Source: Chiloscyllium plagiosum | Taxonomy: Eukaryota | Assembly (NCBI RefSeq): GCF_004010195.1 | Contig: NC_057719.1 | Span: forward strand, 89,038,649-89,102,648 | DNA length: 64,000 bases | Direction: 5' to 3' | Shown: positions 1-13,178 of the stretch, in pieces | Numbering within the stretch: position 1 is the first letter of the stretch | Layout: each line of letters begins with the position of its first letter | The notes under the pieces: model-generated | The model's input: the letters and a program-made list of their open reading frames with translations, nothing else | What the model was told of the DNA's origin: nothing | The model's database searches: none | Made by a program: the position numbers and the translations under genes

Positions 1-186
1 TGACCTCTTTCCACCTATCACATTTCCGACGCCCCTCCCCCAAGTCCCTCCTCCCTACCTTTTATCTTAGCCTGCTGGACAAACTTTCCCCATTCCTGAA
101 GAAGGGCTTATGCCCAAAACGTCGATTCTCCTGTTCCCTGGATGCTGTCTGACCTGCTGCGCTTTTCCAGCAACACATTTCCAGCT
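1..186 (+). mobile_element. Penelope-like element 3' terminal repeat (family A), truncated by window start
   Basis: Same sequence as the tail that follows the GIY-YIG ORF at 3840-4027; contains a degenerate hammerhead motif at 96-123. Confidence 0.8.
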
Positions 187-2249
187 TGGATTCTCATTTA
201 TCAAGTTTGCAGTGATGATGCATTAGTGAAGGAATGCTTTCCCTCTTCACACCACTTCACTACAAGTTATCCTGCAAACTCCCTGTGAATGTTTGTTTGA
301 AAAGGAATTACACCAATTTCTAGTGCAGTCATGTACTTGGTATGTGGTTTGTTCCTGATGTCCTGACTTTGGTCGCCCTCACTCCATGCTGCTGTTCTAT
401 GTTGTTCATGTAATCTAACTTGCACAGCTGCTTCCTGAATCCAAGAAATACAAATACTCTTATGAAATGAGTTTCCATGTTTGAAATGTGCTAATGAAGT
501 GCTTTCCAAGATGTCTGACTGTGGGAAACATTGCACAAATGCAATTACATAGCACTGCTGAGGTTGTTTTAATGCTGAGTAATGTCAGTTAATATTCTGG
601 AAGCATGGGGTCAAAGACAGGATTAATCTGTGCTTTTAGATGAAGAAGAAAGAACACCTCTTCAAATGGTTGGAATGTTGATTGGTCTTAAGGCTTTTGA
701 AGTATGTATATGCATGGATAGAAATTACAGTGATTTCTTTTTCCTGTTTTGTATGTAGTTTACTTGTTTGTTTGTAGGTCTTTTTTAATCATCAAGTCAA
801 GACCTGAAGTGCCAAATAACAGAGAAACTGCTTGTGAGCAAATGCAGCAGGAAACTATTGCAGTGTTGAATTGAAAAACAAATGGTCACTTTGGAATAGA
901 GGATGTTCAGGGAATATTTTCTCTTCAGACTCCATAGCAAGCAATCACAACTGGGCTGCACTGAAGATTTTAAAAAAAAACCTCTGACAATTTGTGAAAA
1001 ACGTTGTGCAAATATTCTCTAGTTAATCTAACAAACAGAACACTGCTGGGATGCCTTCTGCATTGTCCTTCTCTCTATCCCACTCAGTTGTCTTTTTGGA
1101 TAGATGAAAAAGTTCTTTTAGAAATCTCTAAGCTACAGAAGGGGTTGGTGGTTACAGGATGTTTTGGATGAACACAACTAGTTGTAGATACCAAATTGAT
1201 CCTGATTAATTTCACAATATTCCTATTCAAGTTTACCAGGAGAAATGTAGTGATGAAGGGCCCTAAAATTATACTGATTCCAGGTTGAGATCTGTATCAT
1301 CCTCACAAAAGTATTGTGCTGGCTGGGCATGTTATTTGGTATGTTAACCTCCTTTTTGAATTCAAGTTTTTTTTCGTGAGTTAGAACACAAATAATTGCA
1401 TTTGTTACAAACAATGCTGTCAGGTTCTGAACTGTTTTTCCTACAGAATACTAATGTTAGGAGTACCTTTTGTGCTCCAATATTATCTTTTAATGTGGTG
1501 ATTCATCCCAAAATACTTCAGAGTACTGTCAGACAAAGCTTGACACAGAACAAAACGGATATTTAGGGGTTGACTAAAAGCATGCCCAAAACGTGGGTTT
1601 AAAGGATCATCTAATGAGGACGTAAGAGGCAGAAATATATCCAATGAAGTTGTCATTGGTGAAACAACTAATCTTAGGTGCTCAAGTGGCCCGAGTTGGT
1701 AAGAAAAGCTATTTTGCATCCATGTACAATTATTTCAATAGCTTAAGACTACACTTTTCCCCAGTGCAGTTTCAATCTAAGGCTACATTGTATTTGCTTT
1801 CGGAAGTGATGGTTTCAGGTGGTGAAAGGATGATAATGAATAATTAAACTAAATGATGTTGTACAGTGCAGCTGAATAGAGGTTTCAGATTACTCAGTCG
1901 GGACATATTCACTTGCTAATAAATCTTCTTGAAACAAAGTTTAATTCCAGTGGAACTACAGAAGTGTGCTTTGGGTCAAATTTCTACTCTGTGCAATATG
2001 AATTAAGTTCTACCATATTGAGTATCAGCAGGGTAGAGGCTCTTTAGCTCAGTAACTTATTCCCAGCTGCAAATACTATCGATAGGATATGAATCTTTTG
2101 GTTGTCATGATCTTTTGAATTTCTTTGGAGGGTTACTGTTGGACTGTTTGTCATCTGAACTAAGCAATACTAAATGATTCAGAAAGTGAGGCTTCCTTGG
2201 GAAGAGAATTCTGAGAGTGCCTGCCTGCCCACCCACCCCATAGTAGACA

Positions 2250-3265
2250 GACAGAGGATGGAGTAGATGGAAAGTATTCAGCCTAGAGCCCAGTCACTAG
2301 TAGTGTTTTGCCGGAATCTGTTCTGGGACATCTGCTTTGTGATTTTTATAAATTACTTGAATGAGGAAGTGGAAGGGTGGGTTAGTAGGTTTGCTGATGA
2401 CATGAATGTTGGTGGAGTTGTGGATCTTGTGGAGGGATGTTGTAGGTTGCAATGGGCCATTGACAGGTGCAGTGCTCACTGAGAAGTGGTAGATGGGGTT
2501 CAACCTGGAAAAGTGTGAAGTGATCCATTTTGGAAGGTTGAATTTGAATGCAGGTTACAGGGTTAAAGGCAGGATTTGACTCTGTGGAGGAACAGGGAGA
2601 TCTTGGGGTCCACATTCATAGATCCCTCAAAGTTGCCACACAAGTTGATAGGATCTTTAAGAAGGTGTATGTGTGTTGGCTTTCATTAGCAGGGGATTGA
2701 GTGAGTTTAAGAGCGAGGTTATGCTGCAGCTCTATAGATCCCTGGTTAGACCACATGAAATATTGTGTTCAGTTCTGGTTGCCTCATTGTAGGAAGGATG
2801 TAGAAGCTTCAGAGGGCGCTGAGGAGACTTCAGATGCTGCCTGGACTGGAGGCCATGTCACAGGAAGAGTCATAGGAAGGAAGGTTAAGGGAGCGGGGTT
2901 TATTTCATTTGGTGAGAAGTGACTTGAAAGAAGTGTACAAAATGATGAGAAGCATAGATAGTGGATAGCCAGAGACTTTTACCCAGGACAGAGATGGCTG
3001 TCACAAGACGGCATAATTTTAAGGTGAATGGAGCAAGGTTTAGGGGAGATATCAGAGGTAGGTTCTTATACAGTGATGGAATGCATTGCCAGCGGTGGTG
3101 GTAGAGTCAGATCCATTAGGGGCATTTAAGTGACTCTTGATTTGATACATGGATGATGGTAAAATGAAGGGTATGTTGGTTAGTTTGAACTTAGCAGGAT
3201 AAAGGGTCAGCACAACATCAAGGGCTGAAGGGCCTTACTGCACTGTACTGGTCTATGTTCTATAA
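2250..3265 (+). mobile_element. CR1-clade LINE (HER1-like), 3' portion, degenerate
   Basis: RT remnants 'WVSRFADDM' and 'YCVQFWLPH.RKDV'; ends in a CTATGTTCTAT-type tail. Confidence 0.85.
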
Positions 3266-3522
3266 TGCAACAAATGAACGCAGGCTGCTTCCTCCAGTCA
3301 TGTTTCCAGTGTGTTTCAGCTTCAATTCACTGTTTCCTTTAGCTGAAGTAACTATCCTTTTCTTTAAAAGGAATAGCATTTCCATGGCATTGAACGCACT
3401 CCGCCCTCCCTCCCCACCACCTCTGAAACTTCTTTGAATTCTATATGGAGGTTTGTCCTTTTCCCTTTGTCCAATTTCACTGTTTTGCCTCTCACAGACT
3501 ATATTTGTCCTACCGTTGCTAG

Positions 3523-4027
3523 GTGTGGGTGCAAATTCACCTGCACCTCCACACACATCATTTACTATATCCGCTGCACCCGACGTGGTCTCCTCTACAT
3601 TGGGGAGACAGGCTGCCTACTTGCGGAACATTTCAGGGAACACCTCTGGGACACCCGCACCAACCAACCCAACCGCCCGGTGGCTGAACACTTTAACTCC
3701 CCCTCCCACTCCGCCAAGGACATGCAGGTCCTTGGCCTCCTCCATCGCTAGACACTGGCCACATGACGCCTGGAGGAAGAGCGCCTCATCTTCTGTCTAG
3801 GAACCCTCCAACCAACACGGGATGAATGTAGATTTCTCCAGCTTCCTCATTTCCCCTCCCCCCACCTTTTATCTCAGCCCGCTTGGCACACCAGCTTCAT
3901 TCCTGAAGAAGGGCTTATGCCCGAAACGTTGATTCTCCTGCTCCTCGGATGCTGCCTGGCCTGCTGTGCATTTCCAGCACCACATTTTTCAACTCGGTCT
4001 CCAGCATCTGCAGTCCTCACTTTCTCC
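3523..4027 (+). mobile_element. 5'-truncated Penelope-like element (GIY-YIG endonuclease end plus family A terminal repeat)
   Basis: 'FTCTSTHIIYYIRC..GLLYIGETG..EHFREH..VAEHFN'; flanked by an imperfect 13-bp TSD CTACCGTTGCTAG (3510-3522) / CTGCCATTGCTAG (4028-4040). Confidence 0.9.
3903..3930 (+). ncRNA. Minimal type I hammerhead ribozyme motif (PLE family A)
   Basis: CTGAAGA-A-GGGC TTAT GCCC-GAAA-CG-TT. Confidence 0.65.
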
Positions 4028-7000
4028 CTGCCATTGCTAGCCATGGCTTCAGCTGTTTAGATTCTAAACTCTGAAATACACGCTGTGCTTCTCTTTTTTT
4101 TAACAGGCTCTTTAAAAACTTTATCGTCTTATCAAGGGTTTGGTAATTCCACTGACTTCTGAATTGCAATCTTAAAAATTTCTAAGAATTAGTTACTAAA
4201 TTTCAAAATTTCTAACTTTCACTAGTTAATATCATTCGGCACCTTTAACAATGTGGGCCAATTGTGTTTTTTAATCAATGCAAAAGATGTTAACTGACCT
4301 GAAAGCAGGTGAACTAAAAATGGCCCCTCCAGTGTAAACTATTTCTAAGACAAAGTAGTGTATTTTTTTTCTTTCTCAAACAACATGAGGCTATTCCTGC
4401 AGTTACCATGCACCTCCCATACCAATACTAATAGGAATGGAACCGGTTAGTCTGAGTCTCAAAGTCTCTGTATAATGTTTCACGCAATATATTTCTGTGC
4501 ATGGACAGCTTTAAATGTGCTGCCATCTGTTCCCGTTGGATGCGGTAGACAGCATAGGTCTATAGATAAGGAAATTCCTAGTGGAAAAACTAGAACAGTA
4601 TTTTCAGCATACATGTTTCCAAGTAAGTTGGATGCTAATTACCCAAATATCTTTGGAGACTTTTTAAAGTCAAAGATTCCTCTTTCATATCGCATCATAG
4701 ACCATAGCTAGAGCTCAGTCCATCTCCTAATTCACACCAAGACTGATGTTTGCTGGCCTGCATTCACTCCTCGTCCACTGATGCCTGAATTTAGGGGGTT
4801 TTTTTGTGTGTTTTTGTAAAATAAAACCTTGTATTCACATCCCTTCATGTCTCATCCTCCCTCTGTCCGGAATTATTTGAGGTGCCAAATTTGTTCTGGA
4901 GCATTTTATTCTGCCAAGTCCAGTTGGTACCTATATCAGCCCCACCACCATTAGTGCTACTTCTTGCAGATGGATAACTACTTTCCCCAGACATCACCAG
5001 CCCTGTTTTAAGAAACTGATGACAAATCACTCTGGCCAAGCTTTTGATCACCTGTCTGAATATCTCCTCCTTTGATGTCAGTTAGTGTATGGTTGCCTGC
5101 TGTGAAGTGCCATGGGGAATTTTTCTATGCAAAAGGTTCTATTTCAGTTTTGTGATAACTTCTCTGTACAGCTGATATTATCCTGTTTTTAAAAAAATTA
5201 AGCATTGATTTTTGACTGAAATAATGCTCCATGACCTCAATATCAACCATGTTTAAAGTGCCATAGGTTCCCTACCTGAAGGCATAATGGGATTGCCATT
5301 ACCAGTTCACGATGGTGGCTCACCTTCTCCTGTGTGACCAGATGGCCACAAAACATACTCCAAAAAACAGCCAACAGTTATTAACTCTGAGTTGGTAGTA
5401 CAAAGGTATGTTCTGTTTGGCTTGAAGTGCAGTTTGGAGACTTACCTTAAATACATTACTGAAACATCTTGTAGAGTAAATCTGATTCATGGACATCTGC
5501 TCCTTCTATATGTCCTTCCCTCACCAGAACATTTTTTCTTGGGGTTCCTGCTGCTCCCTCAAATGGCTGCCCCACCAGTCCCCATTTATCACACCTGTGT
5601 CCCCTCTCTGAACCTGACCTTGCACTGAACAGCCTCTACTTCAAATCCATTTAATTTAATGCCAGTTGCTTCCTGTACAAGGAATACTTCTACACTGCAA
5701 ATGCTTGCATGGAACCCCACAATGCTGCTTTTTTAGGAGACTTGGAACATGCATTATTTCAGCCCTGTCTTTTCTATCTCCTATTCCAGTCAATCAATGT
5801 GTCTGCTTGCTCTTGTCATGAACTGGAAAATTTTAGTTTGTTGTCCTTGTTTCTGCTTTCTGTTCTTCCCTTCTGTTTCAATTGCTCCATCACTGACTTT
5901 GTATGTGGTTGCGAGAACGAAAAAAGGTGACAGACAGGTTGGGTGAACGGATGATGATGTGGCAGATGAAACACAATGTGGCAAAGTGTGGAGTTAACTA
6001 CTTTGGTAGGAAAATTTAATTCAGAATGTCTTTTGATAAGCTTGTATTCAGAGGGACTTGGCTGTCCTCGTTAGTTGAATTGCAAAGTTGATGTGATTGT
6101 ACCAAAAACAATTAGAATTGTAATTGCTGAACTACAATTCCTCACAGTACAGAGAAATGAGACTGTAATAGATGGATTCATTTGGATCAGCACAAGCACT
6201 TTTGGCCAACTTGGCTGCTTTCTCTTGAAATTTTGGGTTTCAAGGTGAAACATCTTTATAAATAGCTTACATAGCTGTCAGATAAATTGTTGTCTCTGCA
6301 ACTTAAGTTGCTAATACAAAAGACTGAGTTATAATGCAAGTTAACATTTTTATGTAATGGAATGTGACCATTAACAACTTAATCTTATCATTTTAACACC
6401 TAGTTTACCAGTGATTCCACAGACCTGTCTTGGCTAGTAGTAATCATTAACACTAGAGGAACACCATTTTAGCTGCATGTATGATCATTTGGATACTTTG
6501 GCATTTGTGAAAGAATCACCTCTCAATGGCTTGGGTCGGTGGTGTCTGAAGTTCAGCCATGATGTGTAAAGCTGTTCATTTTGAGTGGCAAAATATTTTT
6601 CAAATCAACCTGTTCATATGCTAATACACACTCTGGCGGATTTGGGACTTAAACCCAGGCCTTGTGGTTCAGACGTAGTGACACAAGAGCCTTTGGTGGT
6701 TATTACACACCTCTGGAGCAGGTGAGACTGAGCCCCAGGCCACTTGGTCCACTATTAATTAACACTATTAATGTGCCACAAGAATCTCCATTTTGAGTGG
6801 TAATCCTGGAGGTTGTCAAATTCAAGATGCAGACATATACATTCATGGAGAACTTGCCCCTCTGTCTCAGGATTTAGTTCATTTGGGCTTCCTTTGACAA
6901 GCTTTGAAATTACTTCCAAATTTACCACTTGGCTAAGTTCATTAAATGTTGCTGAATGCATAACTTACAGGACCAAATTTTGCATAGACTTGATACTGTA

Positions 7001-7436
7001 ATATCATCTGATAAGACCAAGCAGCATTTCATGAGGCTTTTTGAACAATTTCTTTTTGAACTGTTGCTGTCAAAGGCAATTTATTCACAAATGTGCTTTT
7101 ATTTTTAAATATCTAAATATTAGAATATTTATAGGTATTAAGTGATTTAATATTTTGAAGGCTACTGTGAAATTTGGAATATTTTCATAGGCTAGAAATT
7201 GGGATGGGAATACATCAGCCATATGATATCTTTTGGAACTGATGTGTTCCCAAGAGGAGGGTTTCACTGCAATATCATATTAATTTCACCAAATTCAGAT
7301 TTAAAAGTACAAATGTTAGATTACCATTGTAAACCAATGCACAATTTCCAGTCACAAGTTAGTAAGATATTTTTAGTGCAATATTAAATGATGTAAACTT
7401 TGGACACAGAATAAATATCTATCTTCATTTGCACAG

Positions 7437-7564
7437 GACGCTACTGTAGAAGAGTTAGGTTCTACATGGGAGATGAAGGGAATCAAACCATAGAACAAGT
7501 TGTTGAAAAGCTCCTCTCCTACTCGTCACAGTTCATGGCAGAACAGCTGACTTTTATGGATGCT
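7437..7564 (+). CDS. Internal coding exon of a RalGDS/RGL-family Ras guanine-nucleotide exchange factor (start of the CDC25 domain)
   Basis: Acceptor ttcatttgcacAG| at 7436, donor |GTGAGT at 7565; encodes ...EKLLSYSSQFMAEQLTFMDA, matching the RGL/RalGDS 'AEQLTxMDA' motif; ends in phase 0. Confidence 0.75.
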
Positions 7565-7946
7565 GTGAGTAAACAGGAGTCTGGGGCCATTCTCTGTGTC
7601 AAGATCTGTTGTACAGTCATACCAATCTTTCCATATTGTTTAATGCTATTAGTCATTATAACTGAATTCCCTTATCAATGTAGTGTTCCAAGATGTCAAA
7701 ATTCTGAAAATGTGACTTCAGTATCTAGCTTGGAATACATGTTGATGAACAGGGTGCTTCTATCTTGTCTGCAAGTGATTTATTTTTGACAAAAGTAGGT
7801 ATTGGTTATGGATAGCTACTTTTCTGCACATAGTTCCAATGGTAACAGTATATTTTCACTGTGGCTTCTGTTGTGTCTGTATGATGCACTAAACTTTAAG
7901 TCTGATTGTGTGACAGAAAGATGACATCAGGCATTTTTGGGCAGGG

Positions 7947-10230
7947 AACATAGCACACAGAACAGTACAGCACAGTGCAAGCTGTAAAGCCCTCAGTGTT
8001 GTGCCAACCTTTTATCCCACTCTAAGATCCAACTGACCTACATACCCTTACTTTTTCTGTCATCTGTGTGCCTATCCAAGAGTTGCTTAAGTGCCCCTCA
8101 TGTGTCTGCTACCACTGCTGGCAGTGCATTCCACGCAACCAACATAGTGTAAAGAACCTACCTCTGACATCTCCCCTAAACTTTCCTCCTATCACCTTAA
8201 AATTAGCTATTTCTGCCCCAGGAAAAGATCTCTGGCTATCCACTCTATCTATGCCTCTCATCTTGTACACCTCTAATCATTCTTTGCTCCAAAGAGGAAA
8301 ACCCCCAGCTCCCTCAACCTTAAGAATTGCCTTCCAGTCCAGGCAGCATTTGAATAATTCTCCTCTGCATCATCTCAAGCTTTCGCATCCTTCCAATATT
8401 GAGGTGATCTGAACTGAACACAATGTTCCAAGTGTGGTCTAACCAGGGCTTTATTCAGCTGCAGCATAACCTCGTGGCTCTTAAACTCAATCCCCGGGTT
8501 AATGAAACCCACCACACCATATGCCTTAACAATCCTATCAAATTGTGTGGCAACTTTGAGGGATCTACGGATGTGGACCCCAAGAACCGTCTCTTCCTCC
8601 ACACCACTGAGAATCCTACCTTCAACCCTGTAATCTGCATTCAAATTCAACCTTCCAAGATGAATCCTTTCCAGGTTGAATACCATCTGCCACTTTGTCA
8701 GGCCAACAATGCATCCTGTCAATATCCTGTTGCAACCTATAAAAGCCCCCCACATTGTCCACAACTCCACCAACCTTCATGTCTTTGGCGAACTTACTAA
8801 CCCATCTTTCCATTTCCTCATCCAAGTTATTTATGAAAATCACAAACAGCAGCAGTCCCAGAACAGATGCCTGCAGAACACCACTGGTCACTAAACTCCT
8901 GGCTGAATACTTTTCATCTACTACCACCCTCTGTCTTCTATGGGTTAGCAAATTCTGTATCCAATCAGCCAAATTTCCCTGGATCCCATGCCTCCTTACT
9001 TTCTGAATGATCCTACCTTTGAGAACCTTATCAACTGCCTTGCCAAAATCCATACACACCATACACTGCTCTGCCTTCATCAATGTGTTTTGTCACATCC
9101 TCCAAGAATTCATTAAGGGTTGTGAAGCATGACCTGCCCCTCACAAAGCCATGCTGACTCTCTAATCAAACCATGCTCTTCCAAATGATAAGTCTTATCT
9201 TTCAGAATCCTCTCCAACAATGTGCCCACCACTGACATGAGACTGACAAGCCTGTAATTCCTAGGATTATCCTTATTTCCTTTCTTGAAAAGGGAATAAC
9301 ATTTGCCACCCTCCAATCATCTAGTACTACTCTAATGGGCAGTGAGAACACAAAGATCATCACCAAAGGCACAGAAATCTCCTCCCTTGCTTTCTGACAG
9401 GATATACCTTGAGTATATCCCATCTGACCCAGAGGACTTATCTATCTCATGTTTTTCAAATTTCCAGCAACAAGTTCCAGCATATTGGCCTGTTTCATGC
9501 TGTCCTCACAAACAAATTCCCTGCCACTCGTGAATACTGAAGCATATTCATTAAGGACCTCCCCTATCACCTGCAACTCCAGCCACCAGTTCCCTCCACT
9601 ATCCTTGATCGGCCCTGCCCTCACTCTGGCCATCCTCTTGTTCCTCGTATGTAGAATGCCTTGAGATTTTCCTTAATCTTACCCACCAAGGCTTTTAATG
9701 CCCCGTTCTAACTCTCAAGTCCATTCTTCAGTTCCTTCCTGGCCACCTTGCAACCCTCTAGAAACTTGTCTGATCCTTGCTTCCCTCACCTTAAGTAAGC
9801 TTCCTTCTTCCTCTTGACTAGATGTTCCACATTTCCTTCAACCTACCATCCCTTCCTTGCCTCAGTGGAACAAACTTATCCAGCACTCGCAGCAAGTACT
9901 CCCTAAACAACTCCATATTTCTAAATGTCTGTTCCCAATTTATGCTCTATCGTTCCTTCCTAATAGCATTGCAGTTCCCCCCCTTCCCCAATTAAATATT
10001 TTTCCCATACCATCTGCTCCTATCCCTCTACAAGACCATAGTAAAGGTCAGGGAGTTGTGATCATTATCACTATTATGCTCTCCACTGAGAGATCTGACA
10101 CCTGATCTGGTTCGTTGCCAAGCACCAAGTCCAAGATGGTCTCCTGTCTATCTACTTACTGAGTCAGGAATCCTTCCTGGACACCTGACAAAAACTGCAC
10201 CATCCAAACTATTTGAATGAAAGAGGTTCA
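7947..10230 (-). mobile_element. CR1-clade LINE with internal deletions, degenerate
   Basis: Minus-strand ORF2 fragments 'LFKKGNKDNPRNYRLVSL', 'DFGKAVDKV', 'SGVLQASVLG', 'LVRPHLEHCVQF'; 3' tail near 7947-8070. Confidence 0.9.
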
Positions 10231-10239
10231 AATCAATCT

Positions 10240-10375
10240 ATCATCTTCATCAAGAAGGGCTTATGCCTGAAACAATTATTCTTCTGCTGCTTGGATGCTG
10301 CCTGAACCGCTGTGCTTTTTCTAGCACCACTCTCTCTATTATGATCTCCAGCATCTGCAGTCCTCACTTTCTCCC
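10240..10375 (+). mobile_element. PLE family A terminal-repeat fragment, degenerate
   Basis: 'gaagggcttatgcctgaaac...gatctccagcatctgcagtcctcactttctcc' matches the other family A tails. Confidence 0.7.
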
Positions 10376-12606
10376 AATTGACAGACTTGATGTTTGGCAA
10401 ATTCCTCTTCAGCGTAAAGCTAATAGTGGGGAGGTGTTCACCTGGAGGTCTAATTCTCCAATAGAGGGTGTAGTCACAACATGTTTTGCCAGCCTGCCTT
10501 GGTGTGAGAAGTGGCCACGATGCAGCTATACTGATGTCCATCTCAGGGCTCACCAGAATTGAGCATCATTGGGAGCGCCTATTACCAACAGAGACATTGG
10601 TGTGCATGGAGCCAGCACTAGGAGTTGTTTGGTGATGATAACCAGTGATTTAGAGTCCAACTTACAAAGAGTAAACAGATTACTGAAAAGTCAAGGGTGT
10701 TGACCTATCTGACACACAAGGAGCATATGAGTTTTTCAATGTGACTATTAAATATTCAGTCATTGACAATGCAGCTTGCTTGTGTAGTTTTGAATACACT
10801 ATTGCAAAGTAGCAGGACTAATTTACCCATGAATGGGAAAAATCTTTGATCATTGCTTGCACCATGGTATTACTAATGTCTTTTATCTTTATCTTTTTAT
10901 GCACCCCACAAATGCTTTGGGTCTTTCTGATCCCAACGAGACAGGAAAGAAAACCAGCATCTGGCACCAACTGTCCAGGCCACCATTACACAATTCCACA
11001 TTCCAAAATGTGTCACCAGCATCAATAAGGCCACAACAGCTGAAACCAAAGCAGAGGGCTAAATCATTAAAACATTGATTAATGTTGCCCAGCTACACTT
11101 TTTTTTTAAATTTAATTTTTTTTAGCCTTTTGTGACCAGTTAAACTACACAGTGCATGAAACCACCAAGGTATAAGAGAACGAGCAGTTCACACTGTCCA
11201 AGTTTTGAAAGCCTCTCAAATTCGCGAGCAGGATAGTTTTCTGAAGAAGAATTGAATGCTTTGTGACAAATCTTAGCATTCATAACTTCCATAGTGCTGG
11301 CTGCTAATCACTCATGTCTGAATTTACAGTTGCATTGAAATATTAATGATATTTTATATTCAAAAACTTATTTTGAGAAAAGAAGCAAACTGATTTCAGA
11401 TTTTTAATGACCATTCAAAAATAAAGTTAGCTATTGGACATTAGAGCTGGGAAGGGAGGTAAAATGCAATTAATCAGTTTTATGACTCGCTATTTTATTC
11501 TCCATTTCTGGCATTGTGTATTCCCAGACAAAAACCTGTTAGTAACTTGTGTAGTGCTTTTTTTGTTTCCTGTGTGTTTGCCAAAGGAATTTGTCTTAGC
11601 ATGTTAATCAGCAATTGGGAAAAGTGAGGCAGAGCTATCACAGCTAATGCCAGGTTTGACTTTGCCATAGATACCTTCAATCTGTGGCATTCCCACCCAT
11701 ACAATTAGGAAGATCTCAGGACAGGGACCTTTCTATCTAAATAAATTAAGTAATTTATTTTTACTCATTTTATAATCCAGGATGGCACTGGATTGTGGTA
11801 ACAAAACACTTCACTATATTTTCCCATCTACATGTGACAATAAAATATTTATTCATGAGTAAGGTTGGGAATGAAGGTACACAATAATATTGGTCCCAGC
11901 TACTATTAGAGATATCTGGTTTGGGTCTTGGTAACACTCCCTGCATCAGTTTGGATTTGTTAAGAATCTTAGAGCACTGATGATCACTTCAATGGGGATT
12001 TTAAGTCTGTGTCCAATTTCACAATATGAAGCAGTTCCCCTGAGTGTAGGCTTAGTACCCTGTGGTAGACATGGATGAAAGAGCTCCTGACAGGCTCTCC
12101 CTACTGACCTAGATACCGTTGCTGTCAAAAGCCATTCTGAAATTGACTCCCCACCTTAGTGATGACATGGCTGACTTTTCTAGTTTCAATTGGAGTTTCT
12201 ACAATAGTTGAGCAGGTGTCATTTCCATGTTGCATGCCCTCTGTCACTTATTTCTCTGAAACCAGATGGCTCTGGGTTTGCCAGCCAATCTGCTGGCCTT
12301 CATCCGATACCTATATGATTATGCTAATTGAGGCACCTCCAAATGGAGTGATCACTCTCCACCCTGGCCTTCCTCCCCAAGCAGAAGTGGCTTTGAGACC
12401 TGCTAACAAACATTTGCAGGTTTCCTACCCTCCTAAAGTACAAATTAATGTCTGTGGAAGGCTTTAATTTGTTCTTTTTTTTCTCCTTGCCTCTATAAGG
12501 CCTAGCAGATGAAAGATATTCCAGCTGCTATTCTAGCTGAGATTAATTAACTCAGTATTAAAAGCTTTGCTTTGGACAAAATGTGACTCATAAAAATAGA
12601 CCCAAT

Positions 12607-13090
12607 TCAAAGTTTGGGAGAAGATTTGTAGCTCGGGTGCTCGTTGTTGTGGTTCTGTTCACCGAGCTGGGAATTTGTGTTGCAGACGTTTCGTCCCCTG
12701 TCAAGGTGACATCCTCAGTGCTTGGGAGCCTCCTGTGAAATGCTTCTGTGATGTTTCCTCCGGCATTTATAGTGATTTGTATCTGCCACTTCTGGTTGTC
12801 AGTTCCAGCTGTCCACTGCAGTGGCTGGTATATTGGGTCCAGGTCGATGTGCTTATTGATTGAATCTGTGGATGAGTGCCATGCTTCTAGGAATTCCCTG
12901 GCTGTTCTCTGTTTGGCTTGTCCTATAATAGTTGTGTTGTCCCAGTCGAACTCATGTTGCTTGTCATCTGAGTGTGTGGCTGGTCGTGTCGTTTCGTGGC
13001 TAGTTGGTGTTCATGGATGCGGATCGTTACCTGTCTTCCTGTTTGTCCTATGTAGTGTTTGTGCAGTCCTTGCATGGGATTTTGTAAACT
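12607..13090 (-). mobile_element. Penelope-like element (family C): GIY-YIG C-terminus and terminal repeat
   Basis: Minus strand across frameshifts reads 'HYIGQTGR..HEHQLATKRHD..HEFDWDNTTIIGQAKQRTAREFLEAWHSSTDSINKH'; hammerhead motif in the tail. Confidence 0.85.
12682..12721 (-). ncRNA. Minimal type I hammerhead ribozyme motif (PLE family C)
   Basis: Minus strand: gca-CTGAGGA-T-GTCACC TTGACA GGGGAC-GAAA-CG-TC-tgc (stem I gca/tgc, GUC cleavage triplet). Confidence 0.75.
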
Positions 13091-13130
13091 TCATTGGTTT
13101 TGCAAATCTAATCTAACTACTGTGGCAATT

Positions 13131-13178
13131 TGGCGTTGAGCGACCATGGACTCTACCTGGTAAGGTAGATAGGTAAGC
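13131..13178 (+). promoter_or_regulatory. Candidate ERV primer-binding site and leader splice donor
   Basis: ...TGTGGCA (possible LTR end) att TGGCGTTGAGCG...; AG|GTAAGC donor at 13172/13173; priming tRNA not assignable by eye. Confidence 0.4.

Noticed and set aside
778..885. Possible upstream exon of the RasGEF gene after a TTTGTAG acceptor-like site
   Set aside because: No frame gave a recognisable REM-domain sequence or a convincing donor
7466..7789. 107-aa single-exon ORF
   Set aside because: Similarity stops at the GTGAGT donor (7565); the remainder is intron read-through
11700..12600. 5' LTR matching the putative 3' LTR at 29633
   Set aside because: No similarity seen by eye, so LTR-pair dating is not possible here
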